In this document: positions 27,231 to 37,123 of the stretch, piece by piece
How positions within the stretch are numbered: the stretch's first letter is position 1
How the letters are laid out: every line of letters starts with the position of its first letter
Assembly (NCBI GenBank): GCA_947625855.1
Contig: CANQPW010000006.1
Coordinates: 1-51,993, forward strand
Reading direction: 5' to 3'
Length of the DNA: 51,993 bases
Source: an uncultured Clostridia bacterium
Lineage (GTDB): Bacteria > Bacillota > Clostridia > TANB77 > CAG-465
Position numbers and translations under genes: made by a program
Notes under the pieces: model-generated
The model's database searches: none
Told to the model about the DNA's origin: nothing
What the model saw: only the letters and a program-made list of their open reading frames with translations

Positions 27231-29126
27231 TCACCTCCAAGTATTATCTATAAAGTCATCAAATTCTTTTACATCTTCTGGAGACATATTATCTCTCATA
27301 GCACTAATATTCTCCTCAGTAATTGGATTTGTAAATACATATTTTCCATCTATAAATTCAACTATATTTCTATATGTATAATTTTGTGATTGAGTAACAT
27401 GTTGAAAATACTCAACTGCATTATCCATAAATTTATCTAATTTTTTATCTATTTCTTTTACTTTTCTATAATCTGTATTATATGAAAATTTCTGTTCTAG
27501 TGGTATACACTCTGTTATTCTTTCAATATATCTTGAACCATCTATTGCCTTTTTTAAATGTATATCAAAATTTATAACTTGAACAACTTGTACCTCTGCA
27601 ACATTTTCAGAATTAAACATACCAATTTTTAAAAGTGAGTTTCTAAGTGAAGTTATAAGATTTGGAAATGTTTTTGCATGGTGTGTAAATAGTGTAAATT
27701 TTGATGCAACCTGTGCCATCTGTATCATCCAAGCAGCAACTGGATCTGTTGCGACCTCACCCAATATGTTTACACCACCATCAGTTTTTTTCTGAACATC
27801 TAGTCCTTCTTGACCAGATATTGTATCAGTTTCCCTTAATGATAATATATTATGATAAGGATATATTTTTCTTAAATGTAATTCAAATGCTGTCTCTTGA
27901 ACACGAATTGTAATTGTAGGATATAAATATTTCATTATAGCCATCAAAAGTGTAGTTTTACCACAACCTTGTTCTCCTGTAATTGCAGTTACTCTTGCAC
28001 CTCTTACCAAATATTTAAGAAGCTCTATAACTTTTTCTTTTCCTTCATGCAATAACAATTGCTCAGGAGATATAAGAGTAGGTGGTGCAAATTTTCTTAC
28101 AAAGAATGCCCATGATTCAGAAAAATTAGGTCTTAGTACAACAATTCTTGAACCATCTTTCATTTCATTTATTTTATAACCTACTGATTCAGATAATTGC
28201 CCTGGATTATTAAATTTATATATATTTTGACAAACTCTTTTTAATTCTTCTTCAGAACCAAAAGATAAGAAAGATAAATATGTTGCTTTACCTTTATAGA
28301 ATATCCATACTGAATCATATGACATTGGTACTTTTCTATCTTGTATTTGTGATAGATAATCATCCATATCTGTTAATTGATCTAGGAAAGATGGTGGAAT
28401 ACCAGATACACCACCTGATACACCATCTATATTCATATCACGTATATCATCAACAACACTATATCCTTTATATTCTTGATAAATTCTTTGAACAACTATT
28501 TCTAGTTTATCTTCAAAAGATAAAGTTTCAGGTGTTATCTCAGCAGTAAATATTTCATCTATTTCTTTAGCTGTTATAACATATGAAGGGACTCTATCAT
28601 CAAACTCATATTTTGGATAATCCAAATTATATTTTGTAATAATTTGTGTCAAAGCTTCTGCTTTATATTCTTTTTTATACACATGCATAAGTATTTCGAA
28701 TTTATCTTGTGAGGTAAGTAGCGCAAAATTATTAAAAGGTATCGCATAATTTATATTAAAATTATTTACTTTATAGTTATTTCTAAGTAGGTCAAACATT
28801 AAATTCTTAACATATTTTTTATCATTTGCATCTGCATAGCCTGCACCTTTTAATGCTTTTTTTAGTTCGTATTTTACGTTTTTTCTTCTTTCAAATTCTT
28901 CCTCTGATAGTGCAAGATCGTATAAATTCATTCTAGTTATTTCATCAAATTGTCTTTTGATGTATTTTTTCATAGTATCAATACTAAAAATTGTTCTTTC
29001 TCTTTCTAAAGCACTTTTATTTTCTTGAGTAATATCTGCCTTTCTTACCCTATATACGAAAAAGCCAGCAACAAATATAAAAAGTAATATTATCAATAAA
29101 ATATTAAATATAAAAGAAACTGACAT
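27231..29126 (-). CDS. CpaF/TadA/VirB11-family secretion ATPase with N-terminal TM anchor
   Basis: Walker A GEQGCGKTT, Asp box QETAFEL, Walker B ILGEV, His box FTHHA. Confidence 0.88.
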   Translation of the reverse strand: MSVSFIFNILLIILLFIFVAGFFVYRVRKADITQENKSALERERTIFSIDTMKKYIKRQFDEITRMNLYDLALSEEEFERRKNVKYELKKALKGAGYADANDKKYVKNLMFDLLRNNYKVNNFNINYAIPFNNFALLTSQDKFEILMHVYKKEYKAEALTQIITKYNLDYPKYEFDDRVPSYVITAKEIDEIFTAEITPETLSFEDKLEIVVQRIYQEYKGYSVVDDIRDMNIDGVSGGVSGIPPSFLDQLTDMDDYLSQIQDRKVPMSYDSVWIFYKGKATYLSFLSFGSEEELKRVCQNIYKFNNPGQLSESVGYKINEMKDGSRIVVLRPNFSESWAFFVRKFAPPTLISPEQLLLHEGKEKVIELLKYLVRGARVTAITGEQGCGKTTLLMAIMKYLYPTITIRVQETAFELHLRKIYPYHNILSLRETDTISGQEGLDVQKKTDGGVNILGEVATDPVAAWMIQMAQVASKFTLFTHHAKTFPNLITSLRNSLLKIGMFNSENVAEVQVVQVINFDIHLKKAIDGSRYIERITECIPLEQKFSYNTDYRKVKEIDKKLDKFMDNAVEYFQHVTQSQNYTYRNIVEFIDGKYVFTNPITEENISAMRDNMSPEDVKEFDDFIDNTWR

Positions 29127-29159
29127 TTTCTCACCCCTTCAATTTACATTTATCTTATG

Positions 29160-29969
29160 TTATTCTTTAATTTTTGCTATATCAAATAATTTTTCCACTA
29201 TTTGTGTTGTACTTGATATAAATGCACCATTATAATCTTTTGGATCTGCATTTATATTTTTATATAAATAATCTAATACATTACCATCACTACAAGCATC
29301 TGTAAATATATAATTGTGAGGTATTGTATAAATAGGTTCTTTATACCTATACTTAAATTTTATATTTTGAACATTATATTTTGATTTACTTTCATAATCA
29401 CCAATAACAAGTATCTTATTTTTGTTTTTTAATATGTCTTCATTTACATATTTTGAAAAATATCTATCAATTTTAACGTAATCTTGATTTATTACAATTA
29501 CTAATACATCAGCATCATTAATTACTTCTCTAACAAATTCTTCTTTTAAAGTTTTTGTTAAATCAACAAATACAGCATCATATAACTCATCTGCTTTTTT
29601 TACTATAAAAGGTAAATTTTTTAAAGCTTCTCTATTTTCAACAGTATCAACACCTATACCATATAATATATCTAGTCTACCTTTTAAAACAGGTTTTGCA
29701 TAATTTTGTATTACTTCTGGTGTAAGCTTATTACTTTTTAAAAGTCTCATAACTGAGCCAATACCTAAGCTAGAATCAGCAATTATATCATTATTCTTTA
29801 AGTCATCATATAATGTATAACAAGACTCTATTTTTTTTGTTTCAAAATTACTATGTGTAAGTAAACATGTAGACTTATGAGTTATCCCCATAAGAGAACT
29901 AACAGCAACAGCTACATGACTACAACCAACTTCTTCTTTAAATGGACTCCAAAATACAATTTTTGCCAT
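29160..29969 (-). CDS. Degenerate MinD/ParA-like (CpaE/TadZ-like) protein
   Basis: IVFWSP....G.S deviant P-loop, YDAVFVDL, ADVLVIVINQD. Confidence 0.65.
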   Translation of the reverse strand: MAKIVFWSPFKEEVGCSHVAVAVSSLMGITHKSTCLLTHSNFETKKIESCYTLYDDLKNNDIIADSSLGIGSVMRLLKSNKLTPEVIQNYAKPVLKGRLDILYGIGVDTVENREALKNLPFIVKKADELYDAVFVDLTKTLKEEFVREVINDADVLVIVINQDYVKIDRYFSKYVNEDILKNKNKILVIGDYESKSKYNVQNIKFKYRYKEPIYTIPHNYIFTDACSDGNVLDYLYKNINADPKDYNGAFISSTTQIVEKLFDIAKIKE

Positions 29970-30676
29970 TAGTCCTTCCTCCTTTTAATTTGTTTTAAAA
30001 TATTTTTTTCATCTTCTTCAATTAAATTTGCAATTAATAAGATAATTGAATATAAAAATTGTTTTGTATGTTTTTTCATTTGAATAGTACCACTAAATTG
30101 TGAATCAATATCAACCATCTTATCTTGTTCATCTAAAACTATTTCATAATTTTCTTCTTGCCAAGTTATATTATATGAAGCTATTTGAGTATCTAAATAG
30201 TTTTCTGCTGCTCTTGATAAAAATGCTTTATATAAAATTCTTGTAAATTTAATTTCACCATCTGAAATATCATTTCTAATAGCAGCGATAAGCTCTTTAT
30301 TTTTTGATACAGATAATACACTATAATCAACAAATAAATACTTTCTATTAAACTCTAACTTATTAAATTTTTTATAAGTTTCTGCAGAATCTATATCGAT
30401 TAAAACATAATCATACTTACTAATATCTACTTCATTTTCTTTCATATAATCTTCTAATTTTGTAAAACTATCAAATCCAACTGCAAAATCAATCTGGCTA
30501 TAATTTGTTATATAACTTTCTTTATCTGTATCCATTGTAGGTATAATATATTTAAATTTTTTATCATATGTTGCATCAATAACAAGCACAGATTTATTCA
30601 TTATTTCTAAAATCTTTGCCATATTTATAGTAAAATCATGTTTATCTATATATCCCATTAATCCAATTACTTGCAT
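29969..30676 (-). CDS. Second degenerate MinD/ParA-like protein
   Basis: IGLMGYIDK, KSVLVIDAT, YDYVLIDID. Confidence 0.55.
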   Translation of the reverse strand: MQVIGLMGYIDKHDFTINMAKILEIMNKSVLVIDATYDKKFKYIIPTMDTDKESYITNYSQIDFAVGFDSFTKLEDYMKENEVDISKYDYVLIDIDSAETYKKFNKLEFNRKYLFVDYSVLSVSKNKELIAAIRNDISDGEIKFTRILYKAFLSRAAENYLDTQIASYNITWQEENYEIVLDEQDKMVDIDSQFSGTIQMKKHTKQFLYSIILLIANLIEEDEKNILKQIKRRKD

Positions 30677-30695
30677 TAAAATCTCTCCTTATCAA

Positions 30696-31730
30696 TTACT
30701 CTTCTATTGATAGCATTCTTTCTCTTAATACTTTTTGTGTATTTATTGAACTTTGTGCTCCATTTACTATTCCTTCAAAACTTGAAGAATTTTGATTTTT
30801 ATAATTTTTTATACTTGTTTCAATACCTGCTCTTGTTTCAGCATTAAGCTTAGCTAAAGTTTCTGAAGCATTTGTAAGCAAGAACTTATCAGACTTCATC
30901 ATTTCCATTACTGCTGAATTTGGTTGATAATTTTCTGCTGTTCTTGTTGTAGCATTAGCAAAGTTTTTATACTTTCTTACTAAATCCATTATAATATTTG
31001 CAGCTTCTTCATTATCAGCAGATTTTATATTTTTTAATTCATCTTCTATTTGTTCACTAATATATCCTAATGTTTCACTTTCTACATCAAAAGAAGATTT
31101 TACTTGTGCATCACTGTCAGCATATACTGTTGCATATAGTTTAGAGCCACTATTTAGATATGAATCAGCAATAGCACTATTTAATAGCAATCTTTCATCT
31201 TCTGATAAAAAGATCCAAAATGTACTTTCATATATTTTACTTACTTGTTTTTGAGAAACTACAATATAGTCTGTTCCACTTGGATACATTAGTCTTATAT
31301 CGATAGTATCCCCTTCAACTAAATTACTAGGCATTAATACAGTGTTTATTTCCTGTATTCTTATATCTGATGATAAGATTTCATCCCCAATCATAGAAGA
31401 AGTTATTGGAACTTTAGCAGAAATATTATATTTTGCAGTCATACCAACAACTGAATCTTTATCCAAAGCTCCTTCTGGTACAGTATTTATATGTACTGCT
31501 TGCTCTTGTACAATATCATCAGTTATTACCTCGCCTTGTATAACATCTCTAGTTAATACAGCAACACTTTTAGTATAATTTCTTAGATAATTTCTATTTG
31601 TTCCATTCTCATAAGATTTAATCGTAATAATAGCCCATGTTAATGTAATAACCATTCCTACTATACCGATTATTGCACCAATTAATATACCTTGAAAAGT
31701 CCTCTTCTTTATTTGACTCATTCCTATCAT
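30696..31730 (-). CDS. SAF-domain CpaB/RcpC-like protein
   Basis: TM, V.VLTRDVIQGEVIT, P.NLVEGDTIDIRL. Confidence 0.75.
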   Translation of the reverse strand: MIGMSQIKKRTFQGILIGAIIGIVGMVITLTWAIITIKSYENGTNRNYLRNYTKSVAVLTRDVIQGEVITDDIVQEQAVHINTVPEGALDKDSVVGMTAKYNISAKVPITSSMIGDEILSSDIRIQEINTVLMPSNLVEGDTIDIRLMYPSGTDYIVVSQKQVSKIYESTFWIFLSEDERLLLNSAIADSYLNSGSKLYATVYADSDAQVKSSFDVESETLGYISEQIEDELKNIKSADNEEAANIIMDLVRKYKNFANATTRTAENYQPNSAVMEMMKSDKFLLTNASETLAKLNAETRAGIETSIKNYKNQNSSSFEGIVNGAQSSINTQKVLRERMLSIEE

Positions 31731-31782
31731 TTGTACTCAACCTCCATTTATATTGCTATTTACAACATAACTTTACGTTAGT

Positions 31783-31811
31783 AGTATATTCCTTATAAAA
31801 AAAAAAATCAA
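31783..31811 (-). promoter_or_regulatory. Sigma-A promoter of Tad-like operon with T11 tract in spacer
   Basis: TTGATT-17-TATACT; A11 on plus strand at 31797-31807. Confidence 0.6.
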
Positions 31812-31833
31812 CCGTTTTCAAAAAAAAACGGTT
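31810..31833 (-). terminator. Stem-loop after dacF, abutting the -35 box
   Basis: AACCGTTTT / AAAACGGTT followed on minus strand by GA and the T11 run. Confidence 0.55.
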
Positions 31834-31894
31834 TAGTGCGTTTAATTGATATATAATTGTAATTTTATTGTAACATTTTTGTAACTTTTATACA

Positions 31895-33118
31895 TCATTC
31901 TATTTTATTTGACATTATAAATAGTTTAAATACCCTTTTTAAATAATCCATAAAACTAGATTTATTCAAATCATCTCTAGCAATTAAATCTAAAGTATCA
32001 ATTATTTCATTAGTTTGGCTATTAATTATATCAATTTTTCCGATTACTTCACCCATTTGAATTGGTGCCTTAAGGCTGTTATATGTAATGTTTTGACTTG
32101 TATTAATATTTTGACCTTTCTCATTTAAGACAGATACTTCTCTATTTATTATAACATCCAATTTATCATTTATATTTTTGTTTACTGATAAGCTATCTAT
32201 AACTGTATCTTTTTCAAGTAACACTTTATTTTCATAATTTGCAAATCCAAAATTTAATAGTTGTTTTGTTTCTTCAAGCCTTACCTCTGGTGTTGGTGCT
32301 CCCATTATTACAGTTATAAAAGTCGTATTGTTTCTTGTAGCTGTACCTGCTAAATTATATAATGCCTGTGATGTATAACCTGTTTTTAAACCTGTTGCTC
32401 CTTCATAAAATCTAATTAATTTGTTTGTATTAGTTAAACTAGACGCTCCATTTCTTAGTGTATCCATCCATATTGATGTATATTTTAATATATCTGGATG
32501 TTTAGTTATAATTTCTCTTGACATTATTGCTATATCTTTAGCACAAGTATAATGATTATCTTCATCAATTCCATGTGAATTCATAAAATTTGTATTTACC
32601 ATACCAAGTTCTTTTGCTTTTTCATTCATCATATTCACAAAATTTGCTTCTGTACCACCTATTTTTTCTGCCATTGCAACAGTCACATCATTTGCAGAAA
32701 CTACACATATAGCTTTTAATGCTTCATCTATTGTTAATTCTTCATTTTCCATAAACCATATTTGTGAGCCACCCATTCCAGCAGCATTTGCACTGCAAAC
32801 TACTTTATCATCATATGATAATTTACCCGAATCTATTTGCTCCATTATTATAAGCAAAGTCATAATTTTTGTAACTGATGCTGGTAAAAGTTTTTCTTCT
32901 TCATTATTTGCATATATAATTTTTCCAGTTGACGCTTCCATAAGTAATTGTGCTTTTGACTCAAATTCAAATACAGGAGTTGATACAGATGTTGCAATAC
33001 TTGATTCGTCTGTTTTATTTTTCTTTTCATATATATAACTTGAACCATATATATTACTTACTAATAATACCAAAAGTAACAATAGTGATAATAATATTTT
33101 TATCTTTCTATTATACAT
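31895..33118 (-). CDS. dacF: D-alanyl-D-alanine carboxypeptidase, DacF-like
   Basis: SVTK, SAN, KTG motifs; GGSQIW and YTSIWMDTLRNG. Confidence 0.8.
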   Translation of the reverse strand: MYNRKIKILLSLLLLLVLLVSNIYGSSYIYEKKNKTDESSIATSVSTPVFEFESKAQLLMEASTGKIIYANNEEEKLLPASVTKIMTLLIIMEQIDSGKLSYDDKVVCSANAAGMGGSQIWFMENEELTIDEALKAICVVSANDVTVAMAEKIGGTEANFVNMMNEKAKELGMVNTNFMNSHGIDEDNHYTCAKDIAIMSREIITKHPDILKYTSIWMDTLRNGASSLTNTNKLIRFYEGATGLKTGYTSQALYNLAGTATRNNTTFITVIMGAPTPEVRLEETKQLLNFGFANYENKVLLEKDTVIDSLSVNKNINDKLDVIINREVSVLNEKGQNINTSQNITYNSLKAPIQMGEVIGKIDIINSQTNEIIDTLDLIARDDLNKSSFMDYLKRVFKLFIMSNKIE

Positions 33119-33254
33119 AATTCACCTCAAATTAATGTTATTACATTATATTTATATATACTAGATTTATGATTATTTTTTTATTACTTAAATTAAAAAA
33201 AAACACCAATTATATTTAAAATAACTTTAAATATAATTGATGTTTTAGTGTTTA

Positions 33255-33551
33255 TTAAACTATATTAAGTATTTCTACTTCTATATGTGAATTGTTAACT
33301 TTATATTTCACCTTATCGCCGATACCTTTATGATAGATTGCAGTACCAAGCGGTGAATTTAAAGTAACTTCTTCACTATTTACTGGATTTGCCTTGTTTA
33401 CTAATTTAACAACTAAGTCTATTGGTTCTTCATCAACATCAACAAATTGCATCGTAAGTGTAATAGTATTACCAATTTCAACATTCACTTTTTTAGTTTC
33501 TGTTTCTTTCAAATGCTCTTTATAACCAGTTAAAGTTGATTCTAAGGCCAT
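33255..33551 (-). CDS. Stand-alone GreA/GreB C-terminal-domain protein
   Basis: VEIGNTITL, VTLNSPLGTAI...IGD.V, VEILNI; ATG 33551 after GGGAGG; no N-terminal coiled coil. Confidence 0.7.
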   Translation of the reverse strand: MALESTLTGYKEHLKETETKKVNVEIGNTITLTMQFVDVDEEPIDLVVKLVNKANPVNSEEVTLNSPLGTAIYHKGIGDKVKYKVNNSHIEVEILNIV

Positions 33552-33714
33552 ATTGTATCCTCCCATTTTCTTAAGACAAATTTGTACTTGTTACAATAAA
33601 TAATTAATATAATTATACTATTTTTTTCAAAAAATGCAATATTATTTTCAAATATTTATCGATATTATAGTGAATATTATATACATAAATTTGTAATAAA
33701 ATTGAAATAATAAA

Positions 33715-33743
33715 TTGACTATATTTACATAATGTGATATAAT
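33715..33743 (+). promoter_or_regulatory. Sigma-A promoter
   Basis: TTGACT-17-TATAAT with TG extension. Confidence 0.7.
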
Positions 33744-33776
33744 ATGCCTAGATTTTTAATATCTAGGGAGAAATAT

Positions 33777-35414
33777 ATGTCTACATTAACAAATTTAGAA
33801 AAAAAGTTTAATTATTTATATGTAAAAGAATCTGAATTGGACAAATTATTAGAAAAAGAAAACCCAATTCCTAAGGAACAATATCAAAAAAATAAATTAA
33901 AGGAAGAAATATCTGATGTGCTTAGTGATATTTTTTCTCTTCAATGTGATGACGCTTTGTCAACATCTTTTTTTATGCAGGTTGATTTTATTGAGCAAAA
34001 AGTAAATAAATTACTTGAAATAAAACATAAAGAATTAGATACACTTTATAAAAAGAAAAGTAATGTATATAAAATTGCAGAAAAAATATTTTCAATTATA
34101 TACTCTATTGATATTTTACAAAATAGCATAAATATAAAATTAGATATTGAAAAAAGACTTTTAGATTTAAAAAATACTGTTGTAAACTATGATACAAATA
34201 AAAGACAATTGATTGCAATTAACTTCTTAGAAACTAAACTAATTAATTATAAAGAGGGATTATTTAGATTAATAGAATTATTAAAAAACTACGAATTAAA
34301 AAAAGAACTTAGTTTTGAAATAAAACAAGAAATTTTTGATATATTTTCAAAAATTTCTTTAGAAGTACAAAATGTAACAAATCATACAAAGGTATTTAAC
34401 GAAGAAATAGATTCACAAGATTCAATATATACGCAAGAATATATATTATGGTATGAAAATTTATTTTTAGATATGTTTAAAAATGCTGGTTTATCACTTC
34501 CAACTTTTTATTCGCAATTAAGTGAAGCAAAAAATACTAAAAATTTACCTGCAAATTATCTAGAAAATCTTGTTGATTTTGTTTACAGAAACTATGTTTC
34601 AGAAATAAGTGTATATAAGAAAAAATTAGATAATGATATAAAAAATTATGAAAAAGAAATACATTCTCAACTTGGATATTGTTATGCATACAATGGTTCA
34701 AGTAACCTTGAAGAAATATTAAACAATATTCAACATGAAAAAATATTACCTGATTATTTATCTGGAAGCTCTTCAAAAGAGACATTAAAATATATTCTAT
34801 TTGATTTAGACGTTTCTTTTAAAGATAATATAGAACTATATAATATTTTAGATGACTTACACGAAGAAATTTGTAAAATATTTGATTATCAAAAATATTT
34901 AGATATGTATAAATTTAATACAAAACATAAATCAATTCAAATATTACAATATAGACAATATTATACAGACTTACTTGAAGATGCCAAAAAGAATGTACTT
35001 AATGAATATGTTAAAAAAATTGATACTTTAATTGCTAATGAAAGTCTTGAAGATTATAGCACAAGTAAATTAATGAATAATATTAATGATGTAAAAGAAG
35101 ATATTACAAAATTAGAAGATGCATTAAAATATATAAATAAAAACTTTAAAACATTTTCAAATGATAACTTAAACAAATACCTTGAAACAATAGAGTCAAG
35201 ATATGATATATCAAACTTATATCAAAATATACAAAATAAAAAATCAAAATTTGTCTATAAACTTACTGCTAGACCTTTAAAAGAAGAAAGCAAATTAATA
35301 TATGAATTTACAAACAAAGCTGAAATAAAGGATAACTTAAATACAAAACTTATTGATGATATTTTTAAAGAAGATAAGGACTTAAAAATTGATATTATAA
35401 AACTTATAAATTAA
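33777..35414 (+). CDS. Hypothetical coiled-coil-rich protein
   Basis: Long ORF rich in K/E/L/N; start moved to 33777 (GGGAG RBS) because 33744 abuts the -10 box. Confidence 0.65.
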   Translation: MSTLTNLEKKFNYLYVKESELDKLLEKENPIPKEQYQKNKLKEEISDVLSDIFSLQCDDALSTSFFMQVDFIEQKVNKLLEIKHKELDTLYKKKSNVYKIAEKIFSIIYSIDILQNSINIKLDIEKRLLDLKNTVVNYDTNKRQLIAINFLETKLINYKEGLFRLIELLKNYELKKELSFEIKQEIFDIFSKISLEVQNVTNHTKVFNEEIDSQDSIYTQEYILWYENLFLDMFKNAGLSLPTFYSQLSEAKNTKNLPANYLENLVDFVYRNYVSEISVYKKKLDNDIKNYEKEIHSQLGYCYAYNGSSNLEEILNNIQHEKILPDYLSGSSSKETLKYILFDLDVSFKDNIELYNILDDLHEEICKIFDYQKYLDMYKFNTKHKSIQILQYRQYYTDLLEDAKKNVLNEYVKKIDTLIANESLEDYSTSKLMNNINDVKEDITKLEDALKYINKNFKTFSNDNLNKYLETIESRYDISNLYQNIQNKKSKFVYKLTARPLKEESKLIYEFTNKAEIKDNLNTKLIDDIFKEDKDLKIDIIKLIN

Positions 35415-35466
35415 TACTATATGCTTAAAACATATAGTATTTTTATTTATTTGTTTACAGAATGTG

Positions 35467-35495
35467 TTGACATAATTTAAGTTTTATGTTATAAT
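35467..35495 (+). promoter_or_regulatory. Sigma-A promoter of GC-rich gene
   Basis: Perfect TTGACA-17-TATAAT with TG extension. Confidence 0.8.
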
Positions 35496-35547
35496 CTTAG
35501 TGTAGTCAAAAAAAATTAAACCCTGAATAGGGAGAAGGAGGCCAATC

Positions 35548-36348
35548 ATGGCAAACGAATTACTTAGAACAAAGACGAGAAATATGCTTGCAGAGATTGC
35601 AGGCAATGAGGAACAGGCATCTGAGCTCATCGAGCGGGTAACAGGTGTCGTAAAGAAAATGGCAGAAAAGCCCGAAGAGGAAATGCAGGCATTCTTGCTC
35701 AGGATGAGGATACAGCCTGAGACCACGGTATCAGAGTTTTCTTTGGATCAGCTCACAGAGGAGCAGATTGAAAACCTGATGGGAAAGCTCCGTGGTGATG
35801 TTATTGCAAGCTATAAAGCAGCTCATCCGGACTGCTGGCTTGCCGACACGACAGAGTATCCGATCCTCAGCAAGGCACTTGATGGCGACATTACGCTCAT
35901 TCAGTTTGTCGTTGGAAAGTGTTGTGAGACTGTCTACTCCCCTTCTGAGGAAAGAGAAAGGATTGTGTTCCTGCTCTCCTCTGAAGAAGAAAAAAATCGC
36001 TACGGTGGGCTCCGTGCGATGAAATTCAGCAAGGAAGAGGCAGGTTACCTCAAAGATTGTGCCAACGCAATCGGTGAGTATTACAAGAGCCTTCTTCCTG
36101 AAGAAGCAACGAATCCCATCAAGATTCCGGAGGGATTTGTACCTGCCGAAGACACCACTCCGGAAGTGGCAAAGGAGAAGAAAACTCCTAAAAAAATTAC
36201 GCTGGAGCAGCTCTCGGCGAACCGTGAACTTTTCGAGGAACTTATCTCGATAAGCGATAGGCTTGCCAAGGTTGGCGTAGATGCAAACTATGCCACGTGG
36301 AAGCTTGAGAGCATAAGAAGAGTGCTCAATGCTTCCAAGGAGCTGTAA
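35548..36348 (+). CDS. Hypothetical protein, GC-rich, probably horizontally acquired
   Basis: AAGGAGG RBS; 35 of 60 bases G/C at 35821-35880 versus 7 of 60 at 36901-36960. Confidence 0.75.
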   Translation: MANELLRTKTRNMLAEIAGNEEQASELIERVTGVVKKMAEKPEEEMQAFLLRMRIQPETTVSEFSLDQLTEEQIENLMGKLRGDVIASYKAAHPDCWLADTTEYPILSKALDGDITLIQFVVGKCCETVYSPSEERERIVFLLSSEEEKNRYGGLRAMKFSKEEAGYLKDCANAIGEYYKSLLPEEATNPIKIPEGFVPAEDTTPEVAKEKKTPKKITLEQLSANRELFEELISISDRLAKVGVDANYATWKLESIRRVLNASKEL

Positions 36349-36353
36349 AATTC

Positions 36354-36387
36354 AACACCTTCCCATTCATTGGGAGGGTGTTTTTTT
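36354..36387 (+). terminator. Intrinsic terminator overlapping 3' end of convergent gene
   Basis: AACACCTTCCCA / TGGGAGGGTGTT plus T run. Confidence 0.8.
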
Positions 36388-37080
36388 CTCTATTTTTGAA
36401 TATGGAACTCTAACTATAAAACTACCAGCAACATATGGTGCTACATCATATTGATTAAAAAAAATAACTATATCATTTTTATCAAATACAAAGTTTCTAA
36501 AATTATCCAAGTTTGGTTTAGTACCCTTTTTTAACATTTCTTCACTACTATATTCTTTTATATTTTCATTGTCTTTCAATGTATCATATGCTACCTCTGA
36601 GAAATAATTTAATACTCCATCATACATTTTTGTAAGCTCTGTAATATCTATAATTTTATTATTTTTCAAATCATAATTAATTGTAAAAATATTAGATGAA
36701 GGATGAGCACCACCAGTATCAGAATTTACATTAAATGCAAATGATATGTAATAGTCATAATTATAATAATCAAAAGAAATATCAAGATTATATTTGGCTT
36801 CATGTTCAAAATCTACTGCCTCTTTAAAATCATCAACAATTTTTTGCATTTTTGATTTTATAGCTATATTTAATATTTCATATTTTGTATAAGGATAATA
36901 TATATCAATAATATATTTTTTATCATCATCTTTTATATTTTTCATTTCATATATATCATTATTACTACTTATTGTTTCTTTCACACTTTCCACTTTATAT
37001 TTGTAATAATTTTGTACTACATAAGTTAAAACTATAAAAAAAAGCAAAAAAATAATTACAAAAATATATCTAGGTTTCAT
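36367..37080 (-). CDS. DUF3298/DUF4163 (RsiV/PdaC N-terminal-like) membrane protein
   Basis: N-terminal TM, TGGAHP, FFNQYDVAPYVAG. Confidence 0.8.
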   Translation of the reverse strand: MKPRYIFVIIFLLFFIVLTYVVQNYYKYKVESVKETISSNNDIYEMKNIKDDDKKYIIDIYYPYTKYEILNIAIKSKMQKIVDDFKEAVDFEHEAKYNLDISFDYYNYDYYISFAFNVNSDTGGAHPSSNIFTINYDLKNNKIIDITELTKMYDGVLNYFSEVAYDTLKDNENIKEYSSEEMLKKGTKPNLDNFRNFVFDKNDIVIFFNQYDVAPYVAGSFIVRVPYSKIEKKTPSQ

Positions 37081-37123
37081 ATAATCACCTTAATACACTA
37101 TATGTAATTACTTTAAAAATATT

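Noticed and set aside
14533..31730. Conjugative element/T4SS reading of the VirB11-like locus
   Set aside because: No VirB4, coupling protein, relaxase, integrase or att-like repeats; base composition matches the backbone.
33744..33776. ORF-track start at 33744 (similarly 10097, 45739, 46847, 49324)
   Set aside because: These starts lie within or upstream of promoter/RBS elements; downstream starts have proper SD sequences.
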